Below are positions 59,649-64,000 of a DNA stretch of 64,000 nt, in pieces. Numbering within the stretch: the stretch's first letter is position 1; the number at the start of each line of letters is the position of its first letter. Origin of the DNA: Squalus acanthias (taxonomy: Eukaryota); contig CM059431.1 in assembly GCA_030390025.1 (NCBI GenBank), positions 105,030,001 to 105,094,000 on the forward strand, read 5' to 3'. A model generated the notes under the pieces. It saw nothing but the letters and a program-made list of their open reading frames with translations. It searched no databases and had not been told where the DNA came from. A program made the translations under genes and the position numbers.

Positions 59649-60144
59649 CTTCGGGCCAAAGGAGCAATGCCAGTTTTTCATCAAAATTCACGACCTGCTA
59701 ACAATTAGAGATACGCGAGTCCTAAGAATATGATTTTGTTAGCAGCAAAGAAAAAAAACAGCCAATCATGAAACACCTGCAATAATGATCCTGTAACACT
59801 TCTCAAGTAGCTAACAAGCCACTTAATTGGTATAAATGTTTGTTCACCCAGCTATGCAATGCACAGAAGCAAGGAGCAATGGATCAACACTAAAGACAGG
59901 AAAGCCTATTTTACAGACCATGCCCCAGAGGAACTGAGCAACGCTGTAATGGAGACATGTGGTATGTTTTTTGGAGGAGGGGAGAATGGCCACCAATAAT
60001 GCAAAATAGACAAGAAGCGTGAAGACCCTGGTGGCAGATACATTAGCAGCCATGTGACTGCACAAAGGTAAGACATGACTGTTACAGCAAAAAATGACAG
60101 TGCAGGACATTTGTGGATGAAGGAAAATAGGAGCTTTAAAAAAT

Positions 60145-60650
60145 TTATTTTTTTATTCATTTATGGGATGTGGGCGTCGCTGGCAAAGCCAGCATTTATT
60201 GCCCATCCCTAATTGCCCTTGAGAAGGTGGTGGTGAGCCGCCTTCTTGAATCTCTAAGTCCGTGAGGTGAAGGTACTCCCACAGGGCTGTTAGGGAGGGA
60301 GTTCCAGGATTTTGACCCAGCGACGATGAAGGAACGGCCGATATACTTCTAAGTCAGGATGGTGTGTGACTTGGAGGGTAACTTGGAGGTGGTGGTGTTC
60401 CCATGCGCCTGCTGCCCTTGTCCTTCTAGGTGGAAGAGGTTGCGGGTTTGGGAGGTGCTGCTGAAGAAGCCTTGGCGAGTTGCTGCAGTGCATCTTGTAG
60501 ATGGTACGCACTGCAGCCACGGTACGCCGGTGGTGGAGGGAGTGAATGTTTAAGGTGGTGGATGGGGTGCCAATCAAGCGGGCTGCTTTGTCCGGGATGG
60601 TGTCGAGCTTCTTGAGTGTTGTTGGAGTTGCAACTCATCCAGTCAAGTGG
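60145..60650 (-). mobile_element. CR1-group LINE (second family) 3' fragment
   Basis: Reverse complement of 24925-25425. Confidence 0.9.
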
Positions 60651-61116
60651 GCTGCTTTGTCCTGGATTATTTTTAAAGATCTATGGAAAGAATATAGTAC
60701 TCGCAGAAAGAAATGTGAATGAGGATGTAACAGGTAAGGTTAACAGAAGGAAAAATAGCAGGGGGTTTGTATAAGCAGCAGAGTCATACAATTACACCCT
60801 ATGAGCCATGGCGAAAAAGTGGTAGGGAGGAATTTCCATGGGCTGAATCACACTGTCTTCACTGGTCGTGGAACTCCAACATGAAACTCAGGCAGCTCCT
60901 GTTGAGTTGTTTATCAGGGAGAGCTTGAGGGCCATGGGGCCTTTGGAAATTGGAGGAAAGCGCAGTGACTAGCACAACATGTTACATCAACATATCCATA
61001 CACGTTGACCAGAAGTGCATTATTGTGACATGGCATTATCCAAATAGATATCTGCTTAATTTCTCCTAATGTCCCATTTGCTCTCTTCAAAGAGCAAGGA
61101 GAAACCAATCATCCTA

Positions 61117-61737
61117 CAACAACAACTACTTGCATTTATATAGCCCCTTTAACATAGCAAAACGTCCCAAGGCACTTCACAGGAGCGATTATCAGACAAA
61201 ATTTGACACTGAGCCACATAAAGAGATATTGGGACAGGTGACCAAAAGCTTAGTCAAAGAGATAGGTTTTAAGGAGCGTCTTAAAGGAGGAGAAAGGGAG
61301 GTAGAGAGGCGGAGAAGTTTAGGGAGGGAATTCCAGAGCTTAGGGCCAAGGCAACAGAAGGCACGGCCACCAATGCGGGCGTGATTAAAATCGTGATGCA
61401 CAAGAGGCCATAATTGTAGGAGCGCAGATATCTCGGGGGGGTTGTAGGGCTGGAGGAGATTACAGAGATAGGGAGGGATGAGGCCATGGAGGGATTTGAA
61501 AACAAGGATGAGAATTTTGAAATCGAGGCGTCGCCAGACCGGGAGCCAATGTAGGTCAGCGAGCACAAGTGGTGATGGTTGAGCGGGACTTGGTGCGAGT
61601 TAGGAAACAGGGCAGCAAAGTTTTGGATGAGTTGAAGTTTATGGAGGGTGGGAGGTGGGAGGCCGGCCAGGAGTGCGTTGGAATAGCCGTGTCTAGAGGT
61701 AACAAAAGGCATGGGTGAGGATTTCGGCAGCAGATGG
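61117..61737 (-). mobile_element. L2 LINE 3' fragment
   Basis: LHWLPVWRRLDFKILILVFKSL...GGRAF...LWNSLP. Confidence 0.9.
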
Positions 61738-62159
61738 AAACCCTCACCTAGAGCCGAAACAAAGGAACACTACCTATGACACCGGCCGGTATCATTTATT
61801 TGTTGATTTCCAGGAGGAGACGCCCTCCAGCCTGGAAAAGTAGCACAGCAGCAACAGGTTGTCCTTCATGTCAGCTGCAGTTCTGTGCCATCATGTAGCC
61901 ATGGACAAGTGCCATCGGGTATTGCCTCTAAACACAATAAGCCTCCAGTGACTTCAGCAAAGGATGCCTCTGGGTTAGTCACAGACACAGTAACGGATCA
62001 CCTGAAACCCCCTGCAGTTTACCAGTTCTCTGTGCAACCATCCATCAGTGCTGTTGGCTTAGATAGCCGTGCAGATCAAGAATCCTCATTCGGAAAATCA
62101 TGACACACAAAATGCAATCAACATATAACTCACATGCACCCAAATACATGCTAAACTAA

Positions 62160-62336
62160 TACAAAAACAAAATACTGCAGATGCTGGAAATCTGAAATAA
62201 AAACAGAAAATGCTGGACATCCTGCTGCTTTTTTCCAGTTCTGACGAAGGGTCATCGACCTGAAATTTTAACTCTGTTTCTCTCTTCACAGATGCTGCCT
62301 GGCCTGCTGAGTATCTCCAGCATTTTCTGTTTTTAT
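62160..62336. mobile_element. PLE family 2 with short inverted pLTR and mutated hammerhead (62237-62273)
   Basis: 15-bp TSD TACATGCTAA(A/T)CTAA (62145-62159, 62337-62351); CTGACGA...GAAATTTT in place of GAAACGTT. Confidence 0.8.
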
Positions 62337-62911
62337 TACATGCTAATCTAAATTTGCTTTCATTTTATCTCATAATCTGTCATTCCTTTCTTGTGTGGAA
62401 AGGTGTCAGTTGTTCAAAGGTGCATCTGACGGAACATAATCAATTCCCTGCAAAAAAAAAATACTCAGTTTACCGATTGTAAATATGTGAATAGTGTCCG
62501 GTTACATAACTCATTGGAAGATCTGGACAACGAACCACACATGCACTCGTCTCTCCGCCTACAGAGGTCAGTGTGCTGCTGGTAACATGCTGAGCATCCT
62601 GCTGTTTAATTCAACGGTGAGGCCTGTGTCTAACAGCAACACTGTGCAACCTGCAGCACAGCACAATAACAGACTTTCGCCAGGGCACGTATTAATCCCC
62701 TTGCCCCCCCCCCCCCCCGCTTCCCCCAACCAGCAGCTAGCCCAAGCAGTGCAAAGCATCACCTCAGCACTGAAACAGTCTGCTGATTGAGGATGCTTCT
62801 TGAATTATGTGCCTTGTTGTATCTACTCTCTGCTTGGGGAAAAAGGATTGTGCAGAGCTTTCATGGCACTGTACAGCCTACATTTCAAAGGAGCCAGCTT
62901 TTCATCCCATG

Positions 62912-63087
62912 ATTAACTTTAAAAAGAGAATTGGACAAATAATTGAAAAGGAAAAATTTGCAGAGCTATGGGGAAAGAGCGGGGGAGAGGGACTAACTGG
63001 ATAGCTCTTCCAATTGGATAGCTCTTTCAAAGAACCGGCACAAGCACAATGGGCCGAATTAACTCTTTCTATGCTGCAAGGTTCTAT
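62912..63087 (+). mobile_element. CR1 3' tail, interrupted at its end by a MITE
   Basis: CR1 3' UTR; tail resumes TATGATTC at 63754. Confidence 0.75.
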
Positions 63088-63753
63088 GGGGCAAAACTTC
63101 GGTCGCGCCTTCTTTGGGGGCGTTAACTTCGCCGGGGCACTACTTTTAGCTCCCCGAAAAAGTTAGCACCCCCGCACCCAAAATTCACTGGTAGCGCCCC
63201 AAGAGGGAGGCGGGGCGCTACTGGAAGCGGTCCCCCTCACTCTTGGGGGGTTACCAGGGAATATCGCGGCGCTATGTGCCACCGCGCGTCTGCGGTACTG
63301 CAGGCCTTCCTCCCCTAGTGCAGTGTGACACGGGGCCCAGCTGGGCCACCAGGGATCGTGGTGCCGGCAAAAGAGCCCGGCACGCAAGAGAAGTGCCGGG
63401 CTCACGGAGCGCGGCCGGCACCCTGCGGGGGGGGGGGGGGGTCTGCAGAGGAGGCCGGGGACGGCAGAGGGGCAGGTGCTGGCAGCCAGCAACAAAAATG
63501 GCCGCCTGGCACCTCCCCTTTAATTATCGCCGTGCCGGCCGCACGTACACCCCCTGACCCTGTCGGACATAGCATCCGGCGGTAAGTCAGGGGGCGCTAC
63601 CAAAGTTCACGGCCGGGGCGCTACCGGTTACTGCCGCCGCTAACCTCCCACTGAATTTCGCGGGAGGCATTAGCGGTGCCGCGCCCGGGCGCTAGTTGAT
63701 TTGCGCCTCTTAGGGCGCTAACGGGAGGCGCAAAGAAACCAAATTTTGCCTCC
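63088..63753 (+). mobile_element. Harbinger family C MITE
   Basis: GGGGCAAAA/TTTTGCCTCC ends, TAT/TAT TSD, ends homologous to 44908-49070 and 39427-39838. Confidence 0.8.
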
Positions 63754-64000
63754 TATGATTCCTCCACAATGAAAGAATCATGCAAAACCTACTGTGCTAT
63801 TGTGCTTTGATATGCATTAATTTCTGATGCGAATTGTACTTTGGAGTGAATAGCCTGTCCTATCTCGATAAGTCATAGGGTTGACGGTGGGTGCACATAA
63901 GGCTACTTGGGTACAATGACAGCCTCTAGTTTGGGGAAGGCATCGATACTGAAAAGCTTCAAGTGCCTCTGTTGCTGCCATTGTTGGTCACTGGTAAAGT

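Overview
Repeat-dense vertebrate genomic DNA, most likely a cartilaginous fish (shark), judged from the Deu-domain tRNA-SINEs and the CR1/L2/Penelope repertoire; the species is an inference. No host protein-coding exon could be supported, so the window looks intergenic or intronic. Highlights: (1) an apparently intact autonomous PIF/Harbinger DNA transposon (44908-49070) with a full DDE transposase ORF, a 3-exon Myb/SANT partner gene, TIRs and a 3-bp TSD, plus related and unrelated MITEs; (2) Penelope-like element (PLE) termini carrying minimal hammerhead ribozymes with compensatory base changes, including a near-perfect ~710-bp palindrome; (3) two multi-level nests of insertions resolvable by TSDs, including an ORF2-less Tx1 element inside a SINE tRNA head; (4) MITEs with AWT target duplications that often mismatch at the centre, and internal hairpins that covary between copies. 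Boundaries of old LINE/SINE fragments are approximate and were read by eye.
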